Positions 39,201-51,695 of a stretch of DNA of 64,000 bases are shown in pieces. The translations under genes and the position numbers were made by a program. Numbering within the stretch: position 1 is the stretch's first letter; each line of letters begins with the position of its first letter. The notes under the pieces are model-generated. The model had not been told where the DNA came from and did no database searches. It was given only the letters and a program-made list of their open reading frames with translations. The stretch is from Octopus sinensis (Eukaryota): positions 76,012,001-76,076,000 of the forward strand of contig NC_043006.1 of NCBI RefSeq assembly GCF_006345805.1, given 5' to 3'.

Positions 39201-40041
39201 ATCTAAAGCGAAATAACTGAAAAACTCTCTGACTTCCCTAAAGCGTGTTTGATATTCTTAGAGCAGTGTCCATTTTTGTCTTTTATACAGGTGAAAATTC
39301 TGTGATACATGCAGATATTCAGCTTGGTGATGTAGTGATTTAAAGAGACCTGACTGCCTGTAGCTTAATATAATCTTAATATATCTTATAGCGAGTATGC
39401 AGATACCGCACGATTTAGGAGTGATATCAGAGGTAGACATTCAAGTAATTTTAAGCAGAAGCCTATTAGCTAAGCATTAGCCAAACTGTTGAACCTGGTA
39501 AGAAAAGATGTTACAAAATAGAATAATACTAGTAACTAGGGGAAAGCTTGAAAGTAAATGACGTGTCCTCCGAGATGAAAGTATAGGATGGTATGTACTG
39601 TAGGCTACGGGGACAAGAGTTCGTTTACCAGCTCCTCTATATGTTTGTTAAGCTAGTGTACATATGATATTGCTTCATCGTAACGAAGATAAAAATATTC
39701 GAATATTGTGTTTCGTACAGATGTTTATCCATATTTTCTGATATTCTATACAAGATAAACATATAGACATTAAATTGATCTGAATATATGATTAATTCTT
39801 ATTACTATCCATCCAAAATTTGATGAAAGGCAAAATAGACCCGGCAAGATTTGAGAAGACGTAACTAAATATCACTTAACACTTTTACTTGATGCATTAG
39901 CGTTTGTGCCATTGATAGTTTATTATTATGAACAGAATACATACACATATTATTGCACTTGTCTATTCCGTATATAGTATCCAGTAAGTCAATGTTTAAT
40001 TAATCCTTAGATCAGTGCTGAAATTCGGATCAGCAATATAT

Positions 40042-40530
40042 TTCATTTCATTTCATTTGAGTTTGAGTCCATGCTCAGGCCAAGACGAAGACTCCACCCT
40101 CAGAGTCTGGTGTGGTTGCCAGGTTGTATTCTCTGTTTAATTTTAACATGTGTACGAGCGAGTTTGAGTCAGTTTCTGCTCGTGTATATCCTGGGAGATG
40201 GGGTTCATCTCTAATGGTGCTTAAGTATCTATCCAGCTGCAATTTGAATGATTCCACACTGCATCCTGATAGATTTCTGACATGTACCGGAATGGAGTTG
40301 AATAGTTGTGCTCCTCGAACCAACAGATTTGACTCTCGCAGGGTTTTTGCTGCCTGGCCAGCCTTTTTGTTGATTGGTGGTAGCTGGCAGCGTCTTCCGT
40401 GGCGCAGTGAGTGGTAGGTTTTGATACCAAAGTTTGGCACCTTTTGCTCTATCATTTTCCAAATGTATATAATTCGATATCGCTCAAATCTTCTTTCTAT
40501 TGAGTACATCTTCAAGGTTTTGAGTCTTTG
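40042..40530 (-). mobile_element. CR1/L2-group LINE, 5'-truncated 3' end with (AAATG)n tail and 9-bp target-site duplication
   Basis: RLKTLKMYSIERRFERYRIIYIWK...GAQLFNSIP...FKLQLDRYLSTIRDEP; GCAATATAT at 40033-40041 and 40531-40539. Confidence 0.85.
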
Positions 40531-40539
40531 GCAATATAT

Positions 40540-40920
40540 ATATACGTCCCCTGCCCAATTCAAGATCACAACATACATGTATACTGCAACATAATTTCTT
40601 TTCCTCAACAGGCCCTGCCCTATTTAACATTGTCCCGATGGAGATCAAAGAGGAAAAGGATCCCATCAACTTTAAACGGAGTCTGGATAGATTCCTTCAA
40701 AGAATACCAGATAAGCTACCCATAATTGGATACAATTCACCCAACAAAAACTCACTACTTGAACAAAACTTGATACAACTCACCCAACAAGAACTCACTA
40801 CTTGAACAAAACTTGACTTAAACAGGATTCGAATAATCCTGTCAGGTGGTGCTATTAAGTTAGACATGGCCTGGACCAATCTTTGGCCGAAACATATCTA
40901 AGTTATCTAAGTTATATATA
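40540..40920 (+). mobile_element. Second CR1/L2-group LINE 3' end, with an internal ~42-bp tandem duplication
   Basis: Hand translation NFFSSTGPALFNIVPMEIKEEKDPINFKRSLDRFLQRIPDKLPIIGYNSPNKNSLLE; tail (TATCTAAGT)2. Confidence 0.75.
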
Positions 40921-41010
40921 TCTAAGATCGTTGATTTAATTATTGATCTTATCAAGTGGCCAGCATGGGAATAAAAACATACAAAGGTAATAATTGTTAT
41001 TAAAATTATA

Positions 41011-41228
41011 TAATTTAGGGTATCTAAGAGATACCTCCACGCTGGAAATAGCAGCCAAAACTTGACTCTAAAACCACATTTAATCTTCATACCGCACCAG
41101 GAGAGAATACAAAAGGACAAAATTGCTGGATAATTCTCTCCTAGTGCGGTATGAACATTTAATGTGGTTTAGAGTCAGGTTTTCGCTGCTACTTCCAGCG
41201 TAGAGGTATCTCTTAGATACCCTAATTA
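41011..41228. repeat. Inverted repeat, ~98-bp arms, ~23-nt loop
   Basis: AGGGTATCTAAGAGATACCTC...ATACCGCACCAGGAGAGAAT is inverted to ATTCTCTCCTAGTGCGGTATG...GAGGTATCTCTTAGATACCCT. Confidence 0.9.
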
Positions 41229-41249
41229 TGATTTTAATATATATATATA

Positions 41250-41316
<67 letters not shown>

Positions 41317-41979
41317 TGTAACAAAACAAAACTCACGTCGATGATACAGATTAAATCTCACCATTTATTTATTTCCAATTTATACAAATAAATTCGTGAA
41401 AATTAGTTTTATAACGTGTTAGGCATCAAGGTTCAAGTAATAAGCGTTAATCTAGCCGATGTGATGACGTATTTTCAAGCTTCAGTTTGAGACTAATTTG
41501 CGATTAATGCCTTTGGGAAAATCTCAAATATCGCATCCTCCCAGTTTCCTAATATTAAAATTTTATGAAAGGAAATTGTCTTAGTGGTGTGGAACGCGAA
41601 CTACGGGATATTTGCAAATTTTTCCTTGTAAATAAAAACGAATCAATAGGAATATTAATTTCAGAGGTTATATATTTTTATCATCTAAACGCCAAACGCG
41701 ATTACTTGTATCAACCAAATATTAGCTACAATTATAATTAAAATTAATATGAATTAAACGATATCGAAGTCGAAGGTTATTTCAAATCAGCGTGTTCTAT
41801 TACAGCGCGTAAAATTAAATATATGTAATTATTTTTCAATTTGCAAATGGCTACATGTTTAATAATTCACTTTTTCGCATTTGACCATAGCATCTTTTAA
41901 ACGTGGATTAGAACGAAGTTTATAGTCAAATGCACAAAAGCACAAGCGCACAATATTCACTGAATATTAGACAGAATGT

Positions 41980-42770
41980 CCTCTTTTACGTCCTGAGTTC
42001 AAATTCCGCTGAGGCCGACTTTCCCTTTTATCATTTCGGAGTCGGTAAAATAAGTACCAGTTGAGTGCCGGGGTCGATTACCCCCTCTCCCAAAATTAGA
42101 CGAATTGCAATTAAGCATTTTGCCCAACATGCTAACGATTGTGTCTGCTCCCCGCCTTTTCATTGTTTTGAAATTTCGGGAAAGTGTCAACAATTTTGTT
42201 GGGTGGGGAAATTCGATTATACCGACCCCAATATTTGTCTTGTAATTATTTTATTGAGTCCGATGAGATGAAAGACAAGGTCGGCCTCGGCGAATTTTAA
42301 ACGCTGTCATAAAATGGATGCAATGCTGCTAAGTCTATTGACCGTTGTACTAACGACGCCCTAATAGTAAAAAATGATTATAATAACAGTAGTAGTTGTA
42401 ATAATGCTTTCAGATTTTGGAACAATGGCAGCAGGTTTCGAGGAAGGTGCTAAGTCGATTACATCTACTCCTGTGACTAGCTGAGAGGGTGAAACGCTAA
42501 GTCGACTTCGGCAAAATTTGAACTCAGCAGGTAAAGATGGAGGCGTGCTAATGATTCTGCGAGCTCGTCGCCTTAAAACTGGAATAATCCTTTCTACTAA
42601 AAGCACAACGCCGGAAATTTTGGAGGAGAGGACTAGTCGATCACATAGACTCCAGTGATTCCTTGGTACTTCATTTATCGGCCCCGAAATTATGAAAGGC
42701 AAAGTCAACCCCGATGGAATCTGAACTCAGAACATTAAAACTAATGATCTAGCGATCCTGCCATTTCTTC
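41980..42770. mobile_element. Cluster of four to five degenerate SINE F1 copies, mostly on the minus strand
   Basis: F1 core motif at ~42000-42070 (+), ~42220-42360, ~42410-42575 and ~42590-42770 (-). Confidence 0.75.
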
Positions 42771-44759
42771 CCCTTAATCGTGGAAGTAATAATAATAATC
42801 AAGTGGTAATGGCAATTATTTCCTCTAACATTGAAAGCAACCTTAAAGATTCTACCCTAACGCAAAATGAATATAATTATTTTTAGTACCAGCATAATAT
42901 TTTAATAGAAATCATGAGGCAAAGTGAATTTGTGGGGCCTTTCCCTGGGGCAAAAATTACTTGTTGGACATAATTATTTTGTTAGTGACGATGCTAGTGT
43001 TGAATCAATGCTGAGCTAAATTCTCATATTTTATTTCCATTCTTATACGCTGTCGTTTCAATTCTTGTAAATTGCTAATATCTCAGAGAAACTAAATAAA
43101 AACAATCTTATTTCCTTTTCCTAACAGCATACTACCTTCTAGCTATGTGAGAAAGTAAGAAACGTATATTTGTCTATAAGAAACAACTTTATTGAAAACA
43201 ATGTAAAGTTAGAATCATTTCTACATTGTATCTTCCAGTTATAAGTTTCAACCTAAATATAGCAACAACAATTAAGAAAAAAAAAGTTAGACAGTAAAAT
43301 AATGTAAAACTAAGACAATTCATAAGAGAATAATGGATTCCAATAACGCCACCAAAGACAATAACAAGTTGATGTCTTTATATATATCTGCCTGTTTTGT
43401 GTCTCGTCTAAAAATAGACCCAAACTACTTTTGACAGAATTGAATACACATATGAACTTCTAAATGAGCTTTTACTTTACTTTTCGTTTTTTTCTTCCTC
43501 CCTATCATTCACGGTAAAATAACTATTACTGGTAATTTTACCCTGGATATCAACATATATTTTTTTTCTCTTTTTTTTTGATATTTCTCTCCTTTTTTGT
43601 GAATGGGTAATCTATATTCTATAGGGTCACTCATTTATTCAATTTCCTAAAATCAATTACCTATTTTTGCTTCTCGTTTCTATTAATGGAGACAAGAGAT
43701 AATTATTAGATATTATACATTTGTTTTTATCAACTTAATAAGAGATGAGACAAAAATGACAAAAGCAAAAAAAAAAAAAAAAGAATAGTCATATTAACTT
43801 CGTACTTTGTCGAATAGCATCAAATTATATTCTATATCTATGAGAAACTCTTAAATGAAATCTTGGTCAATATCAATAATATAGAAATAGACCGATATTG
43901 AAAGTCGTGAAATGGCTTTTTCTGTTATTGTTCGTTATACTTCAACTGTAAATAATAAGCTCTTATTAGGGATGGACTTATATACTATGTACAAAGAAAA
44001 GAAAAATAGAGAACAATATCTATGGAAACAAAAATAGATATTTTGTTATAACTCCGTTTTCCATATTGAAAATACATCATCGCACGAAACACAGCAATGG
44101 TCATTAAAATGATAATAGGTGACGTTTGTTACAGGAATGTTAATGATTGTAGGATACTGAAAACAATATTAAACTGGAAAAATTACTACTTATAAGAAGC
44201 ATGTAAGTATTAATAGACATGAACTGCTAAACGAGTTTTTCTAATTGATTTTAGTAAAAGAATTGGGTAAATAGCACAAAACATATACTGAAGGGCACTA
44301 TTAGTACGACAGTTCTACTTTTGATACAGCACAGGAGAATAAAACTGAACCATGGAATAGCATTGCCGAAGTAAAATGAATTGCTTTTGGCAAAACACTG
44401 GAGTTTCTAACGTCACTGTATTTTAACATCTCTGTTACTCGCCGTCTGGAATCCTGGATGCCGTAGGAAGTCATTGGCGTGAGTATAAATTTCTGGTTAA
44501 GAACTTTGCTTGACAACTACGTTAGGGCCCACTGCGTGACACCATAGCCACGCTTTCCTAGAACAACTATGCGTTAACCAAAGCTTCCTGGGAGGAACTT
44601 GGTTTTGACTGTGATAACGGGAAGATGTAACCTCTCATAACAGAAGTGGTAGCCACAAAAAAGGAGCAGGAAATACGCTTTGTCTAAATATACCATACGC
44701 ACAGGCACGCTGTCACATGGTTTTGTATATAGTTTGCAAATTACTAATCCACTCAATAC

Positions 44760-44810
<51 letters not shown>

Positions 44811-44814
<4 letters not shown>

Positions 44815-46393
44815 TAAACAGTAAAATATAATTACAGACATGGACAAGAACATGAAACACCACAGAGACGACACAAGAACCACAGGACGGGACATTCGAA
44901 GCCCTCAGTCATCAGTCAAGAACCAGATCATCTTAGCAATTTCGGCTGATTAATCTTGAGATTGCTCCGATATGGCCAGCCCGCCAAGGGAAATCTAAGC
45001 CAAGCGCATTAGATACCCTGGAAGAAAGCTTCGAATGTATACAACACGAGGACGGAAAACGAACGAAGTACACAAACAAAAATACAGAATACGTGACACC
45101 AATAAGAATACAAAAACGTAAAAACAATAACGGTAAAAATAAAACATAAACAACAAAACAAAACCAGGACGTAGGACAAGGGTCTTTCGACAGGACGAGT
45201 TGAATATGGGGCTGGCTTGTGAAGTTGTGCCTAATGGCCGCGGGGAGACGAACAAATACGTGTTGCTTCTGCGACTGCTGAAACGAAAAGAGCGCTCAAC
45301 AGCGGCTAGCGGTCACGTGAGAACAAAAGACAGGAAAAAGGGACAGATGAAAAGAGAGAGAAGGTGGACGAGGGAGGAGAAGAAAGAGACAGATCGAGGG
45401 GGCTGGAGGTGAGAGAGATAGAGAAACGTAGAAGGGGGGGGAAGACGGGTGGAGAGGGAAAGAAAGGAAGGGGAATAAGGGAGGAGAGAGAGAGAGAAAG
45501 AGAGACAGATTAAGAGTCGTATCAATGCTAGAGAAAAAATATACTTATCGTATAAGGACAATTGTGGATACGTAGCCGCCGATTATATAGGTAAACAGTA
45601 AAATATAATTACAGACATGGACAAGAACATGAAACACCACAGAGACGACACAAGAACCACAGGACGGGACATTCGAAGCCCTCAGTCATCAGTCAAGAAC
45701 CAGATCATCTTAGCAATTTCGGCTGATTAATCTTGAGATTGCTCCGATATGGCCAGCCCGCCAAGGGAAATCTAAGCCAAGCGCATTAGATACCCTGGAA
45801 GAAAGCTTCGAATGCATACAACACGAGGACGGAAAACGAACGAAGTACACAAACAAAAATACAGAATACGTGACACCAATAAGAATACAAAAACGTAAAA
45901 ACAATAACGGTAAAAAAAAAAAATAAACAACAAAACAAAACCAGGACGTAGGACAAGGGTCTTTCGACAGGACGAGTTGAATATGGGGCTGGCTTGTGAA
46001 GTTGTGCCTAATGGCCGCGGGGAGACGAACAAATACGTGTTGCTTCTGCGACTGCTGAAACGAAAAGAGCGCTCAACAGCGGCTAGCGGTCACGTGAGAA
46101 CAAAAGACAGGAGAAAGGGACAGATGAAAAGAGAGAGAAAGTGGACGAGGGAGGAGAAGAAAGAGACAGATCGAGGGGGCTGGAGGTGAGAGAGATAGAG
46201 AAACGTAGAAGGGGGGGGACGGGTGGAGAGGGAAAGAAAGGAAGGGGAATAAGGGAGGAGAGAGAGAGAGAGAAAGAGAGACAGATTAAGAGTCGTATCA
46301 ATGCTAGAGAAAAAATATACTTATCGTATAAGGACAATTGTGGATACGTAGCCGCCGATTATATAGGTAAACAGTAAAATATAATTACAGACA
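44811..46393 (-). mobile_element. Tandem direct repeat: 2 x ~777 bp plus 30 bp (family B; putative Penelope-like pLTR / retrozyme-like)
   Basis: TAGGTAAACAGTAAAATATAATTACAGACAT at 44811, 45588 and 46364; units differ by only a few bases; TA-repeat flanks. Confidence 0.9.
44901..44967 (-). ncRNA. Candidate permuted hammerhead-ribozyme motif (second copy 45678-45744)
   Basis: Minus strand AGCAA-UC-UCAAGA uuaa UCAGCC-GAAA-UUGCU ... UCUUGA-CUGAUGA-CUGAGGGC; stems I and III pair perfectly in register with the core, stem II is irregular. Confidence 0.4.
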
Positions 46394-49069
46394 TATATAT
46401 GTGTGTGTGTGTGTGGTGTGTGTGTATATATATATAGTAGAAATATGTTACGAAAAGAAAATATAAAATACACGTTGAAATGTAAGGGTATAATATGAAA
46501 AATCAGCTTAAATGCATATTGCAGACAGAAAATGGCTATTTATGACAGGTAGTGACAAATATATACATTTAGATTGACTGAGGTAGTAATACGAGTCTTA
46601 AAGGTCATTATTATGAGATGATTATAAGATGATAATAATAATAAAGTAAGAGAACAAAATGCGAAGGCTATTCATCGTTTGAACAACACCGGTTAATATA
46701 CGGTGTCAGGTCTAATAGTTCCTGAGAAAAAAGATTATTCTTTAGGGAGGTAAGTAGTTCTGGATTATTTGTAAGGTAGGTAGTGTATAGGGTTTAGTGG
46801 TTTAAATTGAAGAGCTAGTGGTGTTCTGTATTGAGTTGTGTGTTCATATTTAGTTGGGGGAGAAATTTGTTGATGAAAAAATAATAGTATTAATACCAAA
46901 AGATAATATTTATTTCTACTTAAAAGTGGATTTTGTGTTACAACACAGAATACTGCATTTTTTAAGTGAAAGTTGAAGAAGTCGATGTTGCTTCTACCAA
47001 AGTGGAATGTCTCTGTCTGCTGGCCTTTCAACCTCGTCCACCAAACAACATCTTTCGCCACATGTACTAGGCAAAGGAAATATAAATTGTATATGCATCG
47101 ACGATTCTAGATCAATTATTATAGATTAATGACTTCCGGTCTTTTCAGTGACTCAATCACGACCCGTATACTTTCAACTTGACCTTGTCTTTCGAAAGAT
47201 GAATCTGGTCCAGGTATTTTAAATGCTTCTTCAAAGCAACAGCAACATGCTCTAGAGTAGTACCCGGACAAAATCACAAGACTGCCGTCTAATTTCAGAG
47301 AAACAAATCATTGGTACCCAGTTTTAGGTTTATCTTGTTACCGCAGTGTTAAAATTGTGGAGTGATTAATACTTCACCTAAAACCTCGGCGTAAATTATT
47401 ATTCATGCTTCAGGAGTCTAATTCTATATGGGGAAAATATGTCGACCGATCCCTCCCCCATATACATACATAAATACATACACACACATGCACGCACACA
47501 CACACACCACACATACACACACACACACACACACATATGCTAAGGTTTAATATCAATAATGCTGTATTCTACTACTACTAGTTATATTACCAAACTATTT
47601 GGAAAAAAGGAATAATCGATTTAATTAGTGCTTGTCTGCTAATTATTTAATCGACTATACAAGAATGATGAAAGACAGAATTTGACGCAAGCATGATAAT
47701 AATAAACACCTAATTGCCGGAAGGCGGTGCTACTGGTGACACAATTATCCACAGATCAACTGCTTTAATACCAATAATACGACGCATTATATGCCAAAAC
47801 GTCAAATTGTGAGCAGGGAAATATAACGTAGTATTATGAGTCTCTTTGAATATTTGTTGCTATATTTGTTTAAAAAGCGACCAATATTGAGCGAAAACTA
47901 GTAACCAGTTGATCTAGTAAGTGGGCCTTCAATTCTTTGAGGTGGTGGTCGCAATAATGCCATCGAGAGAAAGGCCCCAAAGCGGCGCCTATCTTCTCAT
48001 GATGTTTCTATAAGCTTACTAGCTTCTGGTATGCAGTATTTTCAAACGGTATCTCTTACACGTGTTCTGCAAAAATAAATTTGTTCGCTCTCGAGAGGAA
48101 ATGTTTTCGAGTCAGAGCGTTTTGTTGTGGAATGTTTGTCACAAGATAAGATCAGACTTTTGTGTACGGTTTATTAAAGATTGCATAGGTTTGCCTCATT
48201 TATACATTATCTTGTACAGACTCGATTTTATACCTTAGAATATTTCATAACTTGTATGAAAATTTATTAGTGTAACGCCACTTTCTGAAATTACTTATGG
48301 TAAAACATATCTTGCAGGAAGCTTCTCCACTTCTACCAGCCTGTATTGTTCAGCAAAAATAGCAGCATGCCAAGAATTTAACGGTCGAGATACTTGTATT
48401 TTCTTAGACACATACTGAGGTACCAACATACCGACAGCCTTAACATTTACTATCTCTGCGCTTGGTTTCTCGCATCCACCTCGGTCTTACATAACTTCAT
48501 ATTTAGCAAAGCAATTACATTAATTTTCTCTTTGCCTTTCCTTGGTTAATATATCTGAACAATAAAGCACACACTTTCTCGAATATTTCTTGACATGCAA
48601 ATCGTTATACCAGTAGATCCTTAAGGCAAAAATTAGTCCATAGTGCCGTAGAAATCGATTCTATCTCTTTACCACACAAAGTTCAATTCACAGTTATGTA
48701 TCTTCGTATCTTGTCTTTTAAGTGTAACTTGAATTATTAAAGGTCGTACTCATGTTATATTTTGTTTTAGATTTATTTACGTACTGAAAAAGAAATTGAT
48801 GAAGACCAGGTGAAGAAAAGGAAGGAAAAGATCAACAAAAGCAACAGCTTGATACTGTTTAATTACGAGTGTCTATGAAATCATTTATCAGCGAAAAAAA
48901 AAACGAAAGTTATTACAAGATAATGCATATGTCACTTGCAATTTATCCGTGATGATTAAGTGATATCACCTGTTGTGGGAATCAAATCAACTGGTCAAAT
49001 ATATAGCATCATCAATATCACGAAATTATGTATTCTATGATACTTACCAAACAAAAAAAAATCATCTAA

Positions 49070-50355
49070 TATTGGGATGACAAGAAAATAATTTCGTTTT
49101 TCGCAAATAGAGAGAGTTACGATTTTTTAAATGACTTTTGTCAATGTTATGATATTTTCTTTTTGACATTTCATAGCCATTATTTTTAGCTTACTTTAGA
49201 AGCAAATTGCGTCTAATTTCGGTTATAGCTATTAGTTCAGCATAATTTTTAACATGGAGTGCAAAAAATAACGTTTTCGCTATATTTTACATTTTTATTT
49301 CCGTAAAGACAAGAAAGCTGCAGTGATTCATTAAGAGATATGTGAAGTTTATGGTGTTGATTGCTTAACAGAACACACCTGTCAGAAGTAGTTTACAAAA
49401 TTCCGTTCCAGAAATTTTTCACTTAAATTTGATCAACCTTTATAGGTCGACCTGCTGAAGTTGATGATAACCGAATCGAAGCCATAATTGAATTTGATTG
49501 TCCTATAACTGAACAAGAGGTTGCAGAGAGGTTAACTGTATTACACACAACAACTGAAAATCACTTAAAATGTATTGGGCTCATTGAGAAGTTCGATATT
49601 TGGGTTCCACATAAATTGAAAGAGATTCACTTAACACAACCAGTCAATATTTGCGATATACACCTCAAACGCAATTAAATCGCCTTTTTTTAAATGACTG
49701 TCACTGGCGATGAAAATGGATTGTCTACAATAGCGTTAATTGAAAATGATCGTGGTCCTAGCGTAATGAACCAGCATAACCCACATCGAAAGCTGAATTG
49801 CATAAAAAAAGCCATGCTGTAAATTTGATGAGATGAAAAAGGTGTTGCCTATTTTGAGCTGCTTCCAAGGAACCAAACGCTCAACTCAGATGTTTACTAT
49901 CAACAACTAAAGGAACTGGATTAAGTAATGAAAGAAAAACGGCTAAAATTTGCAAATCCTAAAGGAATCGTGTTCCACCATGACAACGCTAGTCCACATA
50001 CGTCTTTGCTAACTCATGAAAATTTATTGGAGCTTGGTTGGGAAGTGATGTCACATCCACTATATAGCCCTGACCTTGCACCATCAGATTACTCTTAATT
50101 TCGAAGTTTGCAAAATTCTTTCAATTATAAAACTTTTAATAACGATTGATGATCTAAAATCTCACTTGCATCAGTTTTTGGCTGATAAGAACCAGAAGTT
50201 CTATGAGCGCGGAATCATGAAGTTACCATTAAAATGGCAAAATGTCATCGAAAACGTATAAAATATATAATTGATGAAAGTTCATTCTTTGTGTGAAAAA
50301 AATTACCTTTCATTTCTCACTAAAACACCGTAATTACCATCTTGCCAACCCAACA
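49070..50355 (+). mobile_element. Full-length (~1286 bp) mariner element, degenerate
   Basis: Left TA-TTGGGATGACAAGAAAATAATTTCG and right CCGTAATTACCATCTTGCCAACCCAA imperfect TIRs. Confidence 0.9.
49254..50261 (+). pseudogene. Mariner DD34D transposase pseudogene
   Basis: Motifs GRPAEVDD, WVPHKL, VTGDE, HHDNASPH, HPLYSPDLAPSDY; many stops and frameshifts. Confidence 0.92.
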
Positions 50356-50399
50356 GAGACACACACATACACTCACGCGCGCGCATATGTATGCATCAA

Positions 50400-50517
50400 T
50401 ATAGGTGTTTAGGTGTTTTCACTCAATAGACTCTCAGAACGCTAGGTCTGGGAATCGAAACCGCAATTCTACGACCGCAAGTCCGCTGCCCTAACTACTG
50501 GGCCATTGTGCCTCCAC
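50400..50517 (-). mobile_element. SINE F4 fragment
   Basis: GTGGAGGCACAATGGCCCAGTAGTTAGGGCAGCGGACTTGCGGTCGTAG head. Confidence 0.8.
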
Positions 50518-51408
50518 TGCTACATTCATATATAGGCAAAACATAAATATGTACAAATTGACATGTATGTATGCATGCACACACACGCACGCGCACAAAA
50601 CCTCCTGGTGTATGCTTATACAACTTACTTGTTACAGGCGAAAGAAAGAAAAGGAATAAAAAAAGGAAAAAATCAGAGAATAACAAGTGGGGGAGGGGAA
50701 GAACAAGGGAAAAGAAAAAAATGAAAAAGAAACGGAAAGTAAAGAGAGAGAGAGAGAGATATTTATTTGTTGTGCAATTTCCTCATTTTAACATTTTAAT
50801 ATTATATACACAAGATAGGTTTTTTTTAATCTTTACGTACAATCTATAATATATATAGGTTTTTTAATGTTTATGTACAATCTATAATATATACGTATAT
50901 TATAGATTATTTGGTATGTGTATGTATTGATAAACGTATATGTATTTTAGCGTGAAAGTTTTTTAAACGAATATATATTTTAATTAATTCATTATTATTT
51001 TTACTACTGATTATTTACTCTAGGTATTCAGGCCTTTTCTTTCTGATTTAAGGTTTTCTTCGATTTTTATAATAATATGATTTTAAATCGCAATTTGTTA
51101 TTGTTGAAAGGACCAATGAAGCAAAGTCATTTTCAAATGTGTATCTATCAAAGTAATTGTGTTTCTGCATATAATTTTATTTTGCTCCATTCTAAACAAA
51201 ACTATCCAACAGAACGGGAACGTGAAACTCTGAGTAACAGTTTTCGTGATATTTTTGGTGCTTTTTAATAAAGCTTATTACTCTACCTCTGGTATTCGAG
51301 TAGTATTTATTCAACCTTGTTTCGCATTTATGTGCTTACTCTGGCATATATATTTTTCCATTCGTGTGTTACCTTACAACTTCACTTATATATATATATA
51401 TATATGTG

Positions 51409-51439
<31 letters not shown>

Positions 51440-51499
51440 ATGTGTGTATGTGTGTGTGTGTATGTATGTATGTATGTATGAATGTATATAAGTATGTAT

Positions 51500-51695
51500 T
51501 TGTGTGTCTGTGTTTTGGTCCCTTCTCGCAACGTAGAGGTTCGGCAAAAGAGACCGATAGAATAATTACAATAAACATATATAAGTACAAGGCTTATAAA
51601 GAATAAGTCCTGGCGTCGATTTGTTCGACTAAAGGCGGTGGTTCAGCATGGCCGCTGTCAAATGACTGAAACAAGCAAAAGAGTAAAAGAGTACT
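51500..51695 (+). mobile_element. SINE F2 tail module following a (TG)n tract
   Basis: GGTTCGGCAAAAGAGACCGATAGAATAA...CAGCATGGCCGCTGTCAAATGACTGAAAC. Confidence 0.8.

Noticed and set aside
39291-39497. AG/GT-bounded 207-bp segment
   Set aside because: Stops in all three frames and no other support; at best non-coding
44901-44980. HDV-like, twister, or canonical type I hammerhead fold for the family B motif
   Set aside because: Too little sequence between candidate P2 strands for HDV; twister loop motifs are absent; no GAAA follows CUGAUGA for a type I fold
45200-46377. Duplicated 64-86-aa ORFs within the 777-bp units
   Set aside because: Low-complexity translations duplicated only because the unit is duplicated; no recognisable domain
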